Shown here piece after piece: positions 25,006-33,445 of a stretch of DNA of 64,000 nt. Numbering within the stretch: position 1 is the stretch's first letter; the number at the start of each line of letters is the position of its first letter. A model generated the notes under the pieces. The model had not been told where the DNA came from, did not search any database, and worked only from the letters and a program-made list of their open reading frames with translations. The stretch comes from Actinomycetes bacterium (GTDB lineage Bacteria > Actinomycetota > Acidimicrobiia > Acidimicrobiales > RAAP-2): NCBI GenBank assembly GCA_021790675.1, contig JAJYGN010000063.1, positions 3,458 through 67,457 of the forward strand, in the 5' to 3' direction. The translations under genes were made by a program, and so were the position numbers.

Positions 25006-26357
25006 GCGAGTTGATGGAACGGGCTCGCCGCCTGCTCGAGAGCGGCCGCGGCGACGAGCAGATCGAGGTTTACCTCTCGCGCGGCGTCGACACCGACGTC
25101 GAGGTCTACGAGGGCAGCGTCGAGAAGCTGACGACAGCCGCGTCAGCCGGCGTGGGGATCCGCATTCTGGTCGATGGCGCCGGCGGCGCCCGCGTGGGAA
25201 CGGCATGGGCGGGTTCGCTCGACGAGGGGGCCGTCGCCGACGCCCTCAATCAGGCCCGCGACAACGCGCGCTTCGCGACCGAGGATGAGTTTCTCGCCTT
25301 CGCGCGCCCCGACGGTGTCGCACCGGCCGGAATGAGCCTGCGCGACGAGTCAGTGATCACCACACCCCTTAACGACAAGATTTCTCTGGCCGTCGAACTC
25401 GAGCGGCGCGTGCGCGCGGGCGATCCGCGCATCCGCCAGGTCGAGAGCGCCGCTTACAGCGACTACGTGATCGAGGGCGCCTTAGCCTCGAGCGTCGGCG
25501 TTGAGGCGAACTACGCACGCTCGGGCGCCTACCTCTCGGTTGAGGCGATCGCGAGCGACGGAACGAGCGACCAGACGGGCTACGGGCTCTCCGCGGCCCG
25601 CCGCCCGCAGGATCTGGATCTTGACGCGGCGGCCACCGATGCGATCATTCGCTCGACTCGCATGCTCGGGGCCACGCGGCCGAGCACCCGGCGCACCGTG
25701 GTCGTCTTCGATCCTCGTACCGCCGCCACCGTGCTGGCTATCATCGGCGGCGCGCTGAGTGGCGAGGCCGTCGTGCGGGGCCGCTCGTTCTTCGCCGGGC
25801 GCCTCGGCGAGGTGGTCGCCGCGAGCGCCGTCACCGTGGTCGACGATCCGACCGACGCGCGCCACTTCGCGGCGAGCAACTTCGATGGCGAGGGCCTCGC
25901 CTGCCGGCGCAACGTGCTGATCGAACGCGGCGAGCTGCGCGCGTTCGTCTACGACACCGTCTCGGCGCGCCGCGCGGGCACGACCTCGACGGGTAGTGCG
26001 GTGCGCGCGGGAATCGCGGGTACGCCGTCTGCGGGGCCGCGCGCTCTGGTGATGTCATCGGGTTCCCACAGTCAGGAGGAGATCCTCGCAGCGGTGGGCC
26101 AAGGTCTCTACGTGGACTCCCTGACCGGGGTGCACTCGGGGGTTAACCCGATCTCCGGTGACTTCTCCGTGGGCGTGACCGGCCTCATGATTCGAGACGG
26201 GCAACTGGGCGAGCCGGTGCGCGAGGTGACGGTGGCCTCCACGTTGCAGCGCATGCTTCTCGACGTGGCCTATGTCGGCGCGGACACGACGTGGCTGCCG
26301 GGGGTGGCCGCCGGTCAGAGCTTGGCGATCGCCGACCTCGCGATTTCGGGCTCCTAG
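25002..26357 (+). CDS. pmbA: PmbA/TldE family protein
   Basis: GTGA-coupled to tldD; FDGEG, VNPISGDFS; lacks HExxxH. Confidence 0.9.
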   Translation: MSELMERARRLLESGRGDEQIEVYLSRGVDTDVEVYEGSVEKLTTAASAGVGIRILVDGAGGARVGTAWAGSLDEGAVADALNQARDNARFATEDEFLAFARPDGVAPAGMSLRDESVITTPLNDKISLAVELERRVRAGDPRIRQVESAAYSDYVIEGALASSVGVEANYARSGAYLSVEAIASDGTSDQTGYGLSAARRPQDLDLDAAATDAIIRSTRMLGATRPSTRRTVVVFDPRTAATVLAIIGGALSGEAVVRGRSFFAGRLGEVVAASAVTVVDDPTDARHFAASNFDGEGLACRRNVLIERGELRAFVYDTVSARRAGTTSTGSAVRAGIAGTPSAGPRALVMSSGSHSQEEILAAVGQGLYVDSLTGVHSGVNPISGDFSVGVTGLMIRDGQLGEPVREVTVASTLQRMLLDVAYVGADTTWLPGVAAGQSLAIADLAISGS

Positions 26358-26593
26358 TCGGAGCTGGCCGGCGCGGCAGGCGCCGACGCGGCCGCAGGCG
26401 CCGCGCTCGTCGAGGTGCCGCGGCTGTCGTTCTTGTAGAACCCGCTGCCCTTGAAGACGATGCCGACCGCGGAGAAGACCTTCTTCAGTTGGCCCCCGCA
26501 GGCCTCACAGGTCGTCAGCGCGGGGTCCGAGAACCGCTGGACGGCTTCGACGCGCTGGTGGCAGGCCTGGCACTCGTATTCGTAGGTTGGCAT
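26354..26593 (-). CDS. FmdB-family zinc-ribbon protein
   Basis: MPTYEYECQAC...CEACGG...FKGSGFYKND. Confidence 0.9.
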   Translation of the reverse strand: MPTYEYECQACHQRVEAVQRFSDPALTTCEACGGQLKKVFSAVGIVFKGSGFYKNDSRGTSTSAAPAAASAPAAPASSD

Positions 26594-26691
26594 CACTTCT
26601 CCCAAACGAAGTTGCTACGAGCGAAGTGTACCGTCCCGCCGCGCGGGCCCGGTCAGGGAAGCCGCGCGAGCCCGTTCTGTAGCATGGCCCG

Positions 26692-27195
26692 GTGGACGAT
26701 TTCCACCAACTGCGCCGTTCGCCCCGCGAGGGCGCCTTCCCCCGGGACCTGAGCTCCTCGGAGGTCAGCGCGCGGCGCGCCCTGGCGCGCGGGCGCGTCT
26801 ACATGTTGGCCGCGACGACCGCGGCGGTGGCGGCCAACACCATCAATAAGGGTGACGTCCTGGCAACCGCGCGGGTGGCCGGCGTCCAGGCGGCCAAGCA
26901 GGCCTCCATGCTTTTGCCGATGGCCCACGCCGTGATGGTGGGCAATGTCTACGTGAACTTCCTGATCGCCGACGCCTACATCGAGATCGAGGCCAGCGTG
27001 GACACGGTGGACCGCACCGGCGTGGAGATGGAGGCCCTGGCGGCGGTCAGCGTCGCGGCTCTCACGATCTACGACATGTGCAAGTCGTCGGATCGGACGA
27101 TGACGATCGAGAACATCGCGCTGTGGGAGAAGTCTGGTGGCCGATCCGGCTCGTGGCGTCGCGACGACGCGGACGATGCCGAGGCGGGATCGTGA
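26692..27195 (+). CDS. moaC: Cyclic pyranopterin monophosphate synthase
   Basis: KGDVL, TGVEMEAL, IYDMCK, KSGG; N-terminus divergent. Confidence 0.9.
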   Translation: MDDFHQLRRSPREGAFPRDLSSSEVSARRALARGRVYMLAATTAAVAANTINKGDVLATARVAGVQAAKQASMLLPMAHAVMVGNVYVNFLIADAYIEIEASVDTVDRTGVEMEALAAVSVAALTIYDMCKSSDRTMTIENIALWEKSGGRSGSWRRDDADDAEAGS

Positions 27196-27220
27196 TCGAG
27201 GTAGCGGAGGTGATCCGATA

Positions 27221-29149
27221 GTGGCGACGTCGCGTGCCGCAGAGGAGAGTCGCGAACGGCTAGTGGCGCTGGTGCTGCTCTTGCAGAGCGCGACCCGTCA
27301 GAACCCGCTCACCCAAGAGGCGATCGTTCGCGAGCTGATGGTCGACGACGCGTCGGACAAGGTCATACGCAAGGTGCCCGCGTACCAGGGCAGCGACAGT
27401 GCCATTCGCCAGAAGTTCGAGCGCGACAAGGCCAAGATCCGCGAACTCGGATTCCAAATCGACACCGTCGACATGGACGGTGGCGGTGTGGGGTACTGGA
27501 TCGATCCCGACAGCGCGACGGCTCCGCGCATCGACTTCACCGAGGCCGAAGGACGCGTCGTCAGCCTGGCGCTGCGTTTTTGCGGGTTTGGCGCCGCGGG
27601 CGCCTTCAGCCTGTTCAACGAGGGCCCGGCGAGCGAGGGAGGTCTCGAATTCACGAACTACTACACGCCGGTGCTGCGGGCGCTCAACCTGCGCCGCGTG
27701 CTGCGCTTCGACTACCGCAGCGCGAGCGAGAAGTCCCGCGTCGTCGAACCCCTGGCAATCGGCGTCTTCGAGGGCGCCGCCTACCTGGTGGGTCGTGTCC
27801 ACGGCACCGAGGAGATCAAGGGCTATCGAATTACCCGGATGACCAGTATGCCGGTTGTTCTCGAGACCACTTTCGAGGTTGACGACGAAGCGCGTGACCT
27901 CGCCCGGGCCTGGCGGCCCGAGTACGCGAAGGTCCTCGAACCGATCGACGTGGTCGTGAACACCAGCGAGAACTACGCGGAACTCTTGCAGCGCCAGTTT
28001 GCCAACGCGTTTCGTCAACCTTCTGACGACGGCACCGTTGATGTGAGCATCGCGTTCGAGAGCCCGCGCGACGCGATGCGCTTCCTGCTCGACGCCGCCG
28101 ACCGAGTCCGCCTGCGCTCGCCCAAGTCGCTGCGTCGCGAGCTGGCCGATTGGTTGCGCAGGGTCAACCGCGGCGAGGTGCCCGACCTCAGCGGCGTCTC
28201 GTTCGCCCCGAGCGCCACCAATGACTCCCTCGGCCAGACGCTCCAACTGCTGCATGCGGTCTATCTGGCCGACGGAGGTCTGCGCATCAGCGACCTGGCG
28301 CACCGCTTCTCGCTCGCGCCCTCGATGGTTCGTCGCGTCATGGACCGCCTGGTCACCTTCGAGCCCATGGCCGGCGCGTACGGATTCCCCGCGCACGTGG
28401 TCAAGGAGTGCGATGACTGGGACGACGAGGCCAACGACGACTCGCTCTACCTGGTGGAGTCCTTCGGGCGCGACGGAAGCCACGAGCCCGCACCGCTGTT
28501 TTGGAGGGATCTCTTCGAGCTCAACATCGCCCTGCGCGAGGCGGCTCGTGTCTATGAGGATCCGGCGATTGATTCGGCGATCCGCAAAATCGAGGCGGCC
28601 ATCGACGGTTTCGTTCAGGTCGAGACGGCGACGGAGTCCCTGCTCGACGACCTGCGCGCCGCGATCGAGAATCACGAGCAGATCAAGATCGACTACACCC
28701 CCAGCGAGGCCGAGCGCGCCGAGACCCGGGTCATCGAGCCGCGGGACCTGCGGATCCTCAACGGCCACGCCTACGTGCGCGCCTACTGCTCGACGCGTGA
28801 GGGCTGGCGTACGTTTCGCGTGGATCGAATCGGGGCGATCCTCGCGAAGTCACCCGCGGACTCTTCGCATCCCGATGACACCGTCGCCAACTGGCTGACC
28901 CAGGTCGGTGAGGTCGGCGACGAGGTCGTTGTCGTCATTGAGCCGGGACTGCGCTGGCTGTTCGAGCCGCTGCCCAACGCGCAGTGGCGGGCACTCGACG
29001 ACGGCCGCGTGGCGGTTGCCTTCCGCACGAACGACCAGGCGTTCCTCGATCACCTCCTGCTGCGCGCCGGACCCGGCGCCGTGGTGGCCACGCCGGCCTA
29101 CGCCAAGGCGGGGCGCGCTCTGGCCGCGCGGATCGCCGAGCGACTCTAG
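27221..29149 (+). CDS. Fused PafB-PafC-like transcriptional regulator, 2x(HTH-WYL-WCX)
   Basis: PafB-type HTH (RERLVALVLLL...RQKFERDKAKIRELG), WYL1 (FDY..RVVEP..AYLVG..GYRITRM), second HTH (LRISDLAHRFSL), WYL2 (IDY..RVIEP..AYVRAYC..RTFRVDRI); start GTG 27221 after GGAGG. Confidence 0.88.
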   Translation: MATSRAAEESRERLVALVLLLQSATRQNPLTQEAIVRELMVDDASDKVIRKVPAYQGSDSAIRQKFERDKAKIRELGFQIDTVDMDGGGVGYWIDPDSATAPRIDFTEAEGRVVSLALRFCGFGAAGAFSLFNEGPASEGGLEFTNYYTPVLRALNLRRVLRFDYRSASEKSRVVEPLAIGVFEGAAYLVGRVHGTEEIKGYRITRMTSMPVVLETTFEVDDEARDLARAWRPEYAKVLEPIDVVVNTSENYAELLQRQFANAFRQPSDDGTVDVSIAFESPRDAMRFLLDAADRVRLRSPKSLRRELADWLRRVNRGEVPDLSGVSFAPSATNDSLGQTLQLLHAVYLADGGLRISDLAHRFSLAPSMVRRVMDRLVTFEPMAGAYGFPAHVVKECDDWDDEANDDSLYLVESFGRDGSHEPAPLFWRDLFELNIALREAARVYEDPAIDSAIRKIEAAIDGFVQVETATESLLDDLRAAIENHEQIKIDYTPSEAERAETRVIEPRDLRILNGHAYVRAYCSTREGWRTFRVDRIGAILAKSPADSSHPDDTVANWLTQVGEVGDEVVVVIEPGLRWLFEPLPNAQWRALDDGRVAVAFRTNDQAFLDHLLLRAGPGAVVATPAYAKAGRALAARIAERL

Positions 29150-29175
29150 CGACCGTTGTGGCCCAAGGGGGCCAC

Positions 29176-30240
29176 GTGCTGCGCATCTTCTCGCGTCGAT
29201 CGCTCGACGTTCGATACTTCACCGACGACCCCGCGCGCGAGCTCGAGGGGCTGCGCCCGCAGGGTCCGGGCTGGTGGTTGCGCGGGGCGGGCGACACCAC
29301 CGATCCCGAGTGCGTGCGCGGCGTCCTCGCGTCGAGCGAGAGGGCGAGCGTGGTGGGCTACGACATCGTCCTCGCGGCGCCGCGGCCGGTGTCGGTCCTG
29401 CTCGCCATCGACGAGCCCTCCGGTGCGGCTCTGGTCGCCGCGCACCGTCACGCCGTGGCAGAAGCACTGGGATATCTGGAGGAGCGTGGACTGACCGTGC
29501 GTTCCCAGCTGGCCGGGGAGCGTTACGACCTCGCCGCACGCTGGGAAAGTGTGGTGGCCTTCACGCACGGGGTCAACCGCCACGGTGAGCCTCACCTCCA
29601 CGACCACGTTCTGGTCGGCGCCCGGCCCACCGGCGAGGACGCGGTGCTCGATCGCCGTGGCCTCTCGGTGCACGCCGGGGCAGCGGACGCCCTCTATCTC
29701 GCCACGCTGCGCCACGAGGTGAACGCCCGGACCTCGTGGCGGGCGTGGCGCTCCTTTCAGGGCGTCGAGCACGTCGTGGGAGTCGACGAGGGCTATCGGG
29801 TGCTGTGGGGAGGACATCACGAGGGTCGTGGCGAGAAGATCCACTGGTCCCGCGAGGAAGCGCGCGCGGCCTGGCGCGACGACCTGACGCGCTATCAGCT
29901 CGAGGTGGCACCGTCCGCGCCGGCTCGCACCTTTGACGCGCACGCCTTCGCCGCGTCCTTCGAGGGGGCGCTCAGCGTAACGCGTCGTCACCTCGTGCAA
30001 GCCTGGGCCCACGCGTCAACCTTTGGTGAACGCGCCACCCGTATCGACGCCGGACTCGACACACTCGCGCCCGAGCTGTTCCATGAGCGCGGCGTGCGCG
30101 AGGCATCGATAACGGTGACTCGCGCTCGCAGCTTGGCGCCCTCAATCTCACGCCAGCACGTACTCGATCGAGCGCGCGAGACGGCGCGTCACCGCGAGCG
30201 AGAGCGCGACTCGCGCGCCGGCTCGGAGCGTTCGAGGTAG
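29176..30240 (+). CDS. Minimal MOB_F/TrwC-type HUH relaxase-domain protein (no helicase)
   Basis: 354 aa; motif I Tyr (DVRYFTDD), motif II YDIVLAAPRPVSVL, AAHRHAV, motif III FTHGVNRHGEPHLHDHVLV; AAGGGGG upstream. Confidence 0.85.
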   Translation: MLRIFSRRSLDVRYFTDDPARELEGLRPQGPGWWLRGAGDTTDPECVRGVLASSERASVVGYDIVLAAPRPVSVLLAIDEPSGAALVAAHRHAVAEALGYLEERGLTVRSQLAGERYDLAARWESVVAFTHGVNRHGEPHLHDHVLVGARPTGEDAVLDRRGLSVHAGAADALYLATLRHEVNARTSWRAWRSFQGVEHVVGVDEGYRVLWGGHHEGRGEKIHWSREEARAAWRDDLTRYQLEVAPSAPARTFDAHAFAASFEGALSVTRRHLVQAWAHASTFGERATRIDAGLDTLAPELFHERGVREASITVTRARSLAPSISRQHVLDRARETARHRERERDSRAGSERSR

Positions 30241-31490
30241 CGCGAGAAGCGCGCGTCACGATGAGCCGGGGTCAGTTCGATCCAACTCATGGTCTTGTCT
30301 GGCGCGAGCCCGAGGGCGTGGCCGGGCCGCCCACGAGCCAGGTTCGCCACGCTGGCCCGGTCGCGCTCGACCCAGCTGGTGGTAGTGCCGCCAGGGCGAC
30401 CCCAGGTGCGCCTCTGGTGCGACACGCTGGGCGTCAGGTGACGTCCGGCCAGGTGGTGGAGGAGTTCGAGGGTCGCACGATCCGCCACTCCCGGCAGGAC
30501 GACGGTGGTGGCGAAGAGGGAGACAAACCCGTCTGCGGCACCGCCCCAGCGCGCGCGAGCCTGGCTGAGGTCCTGGAGGCAGGCCATTGTCACCACCCCC
30601 TGGCCGCCTCCTTCGGAGACGACACCGGCGAGTCGCGGCAGCGGAGCTACATTGGCGACCTCATCGAGAGCCAGCAGCAGCCGCGCACCCCCTCCGTGAC
30701 GGTCGTAGGTGGAGTGGATGACGTGCTCGACGAGTCCGACCACGAGCGGAACGCTGAGCGCTTGGTGGCGGCTGGGCGCCACCACGTGAAGTTGGTGCGG
30801 TCCACGCAGGAACTCGTCGACGTCGAGCGGCGCCGAGCGCGCCGCCTCACGCGCGGCGTCAGTACGCACTCCGGCGAGCAGACCCGAGGTTGTCGACCAG
30901 ATTCCTGATCGTTCACGTTCTTCCGTGGCGAGCACTCCGCTGAGCAGTGAGACCGACGGATGACTGTCTCCGTAGCGCTCGCGCAGCATGTCATGCGCGT
31001 CGAGCGCACGTCGTTGATCGATGCGCGATGCAAGTTGTCCCAATGACTCGCCGTTCAGTGAGGCGGCGTGCAGTAGGGGAGCGAGTAGTGCGCTCGCTCG
31101 CTCGGTCCAGTGGTCGTCACCGCGTTCACCGCGACCGCGCTGCGCAACGTCGATGAGGCTGCGTGTCGCCAACATCGCGCCGTCCCAGTTACGTGCCTGA
31201 TGAATAGGTGAATATCCGACACGATGCACGCCGGGTGGCGTGCGAATCGTGCCGGACGGATCGAACAGCAGCGTGGCGCCATCACCGCGCGCGCCCGCCA
31301 TAATGTCGACGACGTCGTCTTTGGTCGACGTGACCAGAGCACTGCGTGTCGTCGAGAGCAGGTTCGGTATTACGAGTGACGACGTCTTGCCGCTTCGACT
31401 CGGACCAAGTACGAGCGTCGAACGTTCACTCCCACTGAAGACGTCGCCGTTGCGACCTCGTCCGAGATAGATGCCACGATCTTCGATCAC
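30189..31490 (-). CDS. VirD4/TraG-TraD-like type IV coupling ATPase lacking N-terminal TM segments
   Basis: Walker A GPSRSGKT, TSTKDD, Walker B LLALDEVANVAPLP, SEGGGQGV, LQDLSQARARWG; start GTG 31490 or TTG 31508. Confidence 0.87.
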   Translation of the reverse strand: MIEDRGIYLGRGRNGDVFSGSERSTLVLGPSRSGKTSSLVIPNLLSTTRSALVTSTKDDVVDIMAGARGDGATLLFDPSGTIRTPPGVHRVGYSPIHQARNWDGAMLATRSLIDVAQRGRGERGDDHWTERASALLAPLLHAASLNGESLGQLASRIDQRRALDAHDMLRERYGDSHPSVSLLSGVLATEERERSGIWSTTSGLLAGVRTDAAREAARSAPLDVDEFLRGPHQLHVVAPSRHQALSVPLVVGLVEHVIHSTYDRHGGGARLLLALDEVANVAPLPRLAGVVSEGGGQGVVTMACLQDLSQARARWGGAADGFVSLFATTVVLPGVADRATLELLHHLAGRHLTPSVSHQRRTWGRPGGTTTSWVERDRASVANLARGRPGHALGLAPDKTMSWIELTPAHRDARFSRYLERSEPARESRSRSR

Positions 31491-31784
31491 GAAAAACAAA
31501 CGTCGCAAAAAGTGTCGAAATGCTTGACATTGGTGTGTAGACCGAGTGAACTTTTAGATGTCCTTCTGCGGAGGAGGTTCACGTTCGCCGGATGTGTTGC
31601 TAGCAGTCCATTCGGAGAGCGCTTCACCGCGAGGGACCGTGCACTGCGGTCGGTCGTCGTACAGCGAGGACGCTGGGCGATACACGAGCGAGTTCACGTT
31701 TGTCAGTGGGGTGTCAAGAGGCGAATCACCACGGTGGTGATCGCGATTCCACGCTGATTCAACGTTGAGTCCCAAGGAGGGAAA

Positions 31785-32075
31785 GTGGCAACTGCCGCGA
31801 AGAAGAAGGCTCCGGCCAAGAAGGCTCCGGCCAAGAAGGCCGCCGCCAAGAAGGTAGCCAGGAAGGCTCCGGCCAAGAAGGCTCCGGCCAAGAAGGCCGC
31901 CGCCAAGAAGGCTCCGGCCAAGAAGGCTGCCGCCAAGAAGGTAGCTAAGAAGGCTCCGGCCAAGAAGGCCGCCGCCAAGAAGGCTCCGGCCCGCAAGGCC
32001 GCCGCCAAGAAGGCTCCGGCCCGCAAGGCTGCAGCCAAGAAGGCTCCGGCCCGCAAGGCTGCAGCCAAGAAGTAA
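31785..32075 (+). CDS. Histone H1-like (PAKK/AAKK repeat) basic protein
   Basis: 96 aa almost entirely K/A/P/R; strong AAGGAGG RBS; followed by hairpin. Confidence 0.88.
   Translation: MATAAKKKAPAKKAPAKKAAAKKVARKAPAKKAPAKKAAAKKAPAKKAAAKKVAKKAPAKKAAAKKAPARKAAAKKAPARKAAAKKAPARKAAAKK
31799..32072 (+). repeat. Coding tandem 15-bp repeats (AAGAAGGCTCCGGCC / AAGAAGGCCGCCGCC variants)
   Basis: Directly visible; encode [10 protein letters not shown] pentapeptides. Confidence 0.9.
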
Positions 32076-32094
32076 CTCGTCTCCTAGGAGAATC

Positions 32095-32128
32095 GCAACT
32101 GAGGGGGTCTTCGGGCCCCCTCAGTTGC
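32095..32128. terminator. Hairpin, probable bidirectional terminator
   Basis: GCAACTGAGGGGGTC-TTCG-GGCCCCCTCAGTTGC, 15-bp stem with UUCG loop between convergent genes. Confidence 0.8.
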
Positions 32129-32693
32129 CGTCTGGGCGTAAGTCGTCGATCACGTCGACGTCCCACGACCACGGCGAATTTGAGATGACAGAGCAGTTCA
32201 GACCGAGGCGTTGCGCCTCGAGACGGTGGTGAGCCAAAGAGTTCGCTCCGTAGCTGAAACGAAAGTCGAGTCCGGTCGCAAGCGCCAGAACGTTGGTCCC
32301 GCGTCCGTGGCGATCCGCGACCAGGGTCACCCCCTCGATGGGTTCGAAGTCTCCGAGACCCGTGGGATCGGCGAGGTCCGCGTGGACGATCATCAGCCGA
32401 TCGAACGTCGCGTTAAGGCGCGCGTACGCGTCGGTCACAGCGCCCGAGAGCGTGCGCGCCGATGTCATGATCGTCTCCACCGATAGCGACGCGGCGAACG
32501 CGGCCACGTCGTGATCCTCGGTCACCACGTACGTCGGGCGCACTCGCGCGGCTTCGATCACCCCGCGCGCAAGACGCCAGACGAGCGCGTCGACGTCGAG
32601 CGCCCCCGCGCGGCGAAGACGTTGCTTGGCTGCGGTCACGCGTTTGAGCGGAACCACGACGGCGAGATCTCGTGAGTAGTCGTGTCGGGTCAT
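32121..32693 (-). CDS. cofC: 2-phospho-L-lactate/PEP guanylyltransferase (F420 biosynthesis)
   Basis: VVVPLK..AKQRL, ADL, GRGTN, FSYGANSL..H, DVD..DDL. Confidence 0.82.
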   Translation of the reverse strand: MTRHDYSRDLAVVVPLKRVTAAKQRLRRAGALDVDALVWRLARGVIEAARVRPTYVVTEDHDVAAFAASLSVETIMTSARTLSGAVTDAYARLNATFDRLMIVHADLADPTGLGDFEPIEGVTLVADRHGRGTNVLALATGLDFRFSYGANSLAHHRLEAQRLGLNCSVISNSPWSWDVDVIDDLRPDGN

Positions 32694-32727
32694 CGACGTG
32701 CATGCTAGGACTCACTAGCCTGACGTC

Positions 32728-33384
32728 GTGGCGTCGGTCGTCGATCTCTTGTGCAACGAACGTGCACTGATTGCCCGTGGTGACGTCGTCGTCGGACTTG
32801 ACGAAGTGGGTCGCGGATCACTGGCCGGCCCGCTCGTTGTGGGCGCGGTCACGCTCAGCGTCGTGAAAGATCCCCCGGAGGGACTCGACGACTCCAAGGC
32901 TCTCAGCTCCCGTCAGCGCGAAGCTCTCGTCCCCGATCTCGAGCGATGGTGTGACGAGTGGTCTCTGGGATGGGTCAGCGCGGAGGAGATCGACGAGTGG
33001 GGCCTGGCGATGGCGCTGAGCGTCGCGGCCACCCGAGCGCTAGACGGATTGACCCGCAGTCCGAGCTTCGCTCTGGTCGACGGCCCCCACAACTTCTTAC
33101 GCGCGCCGCGCGAGGTCTCCTTCGGGGTCGATGCGCCCCCGGCCGGCTACGCCGATCTCGCCCACACGACCATCGTGAAGGGCGATTCGGTCAGCGCCGT
33201 GATCGCCGCCGCGTCGGTCGTCGCCAAGGTCCGCCGAGACCAGTACATGCGCGAACTGCACGCGCAGTGCCCCCTCTACGAGTGGGAATCCAACAAGGGC
33301 TACGGCAGCGCGGCCCACCTAACGGCGCTGCGGGCACTCGGGCCCTCGATCCACCATCGTCGGAGCTGGAAACTGCCTAATTAG
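32728..33384 (+). CDS. rnhB: Ribonuclease HII
   Basis: GLDEVGRGSLAGP, DDSK, VDG, KGD, AASVVAKVRRD, NKGYG, HRRSW. Confidence 0.95.
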   Translation: MASVVDLLCNERALIARGDVVVGLDEVGRGSLAGPLVVGAVTLSVVKDPPEGLDDSKALSSRQREALVPDLERWCDEWSLGWVSAEEIDEWGLAMALSVAATRALDGLTRSPSFALVDGPHNFLRAPREVSFGVDAPPAGYADLAHTTIVKGDSVSAVIAAASVVAKVRRDQYMRELHAQCPLYEWESNKGYGSAAHLTALRALGPSIHHRRSWKLPN

Positions 33385-33445
33385 GGCCGTGTTCTGCTCC
33401 TGGCGAGCGGGTCGATTAGGTGCCACGGGGTAGGATTAGCGCACT

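Noticed and set aside
31700-31722. PafBC/RecA-NDp-like TTGTCAGTG
   Set aside because: The -35-like part matches, but there is no TANNNT at the required spacing (AGAGGC)
31799-32072. Possible CRISPR or non-coding repeat array
   Set aside because: Repeats are contiguous, have no spacers and are in frame, encoding a PAKK protein; no cas genes or arrays seen in the window
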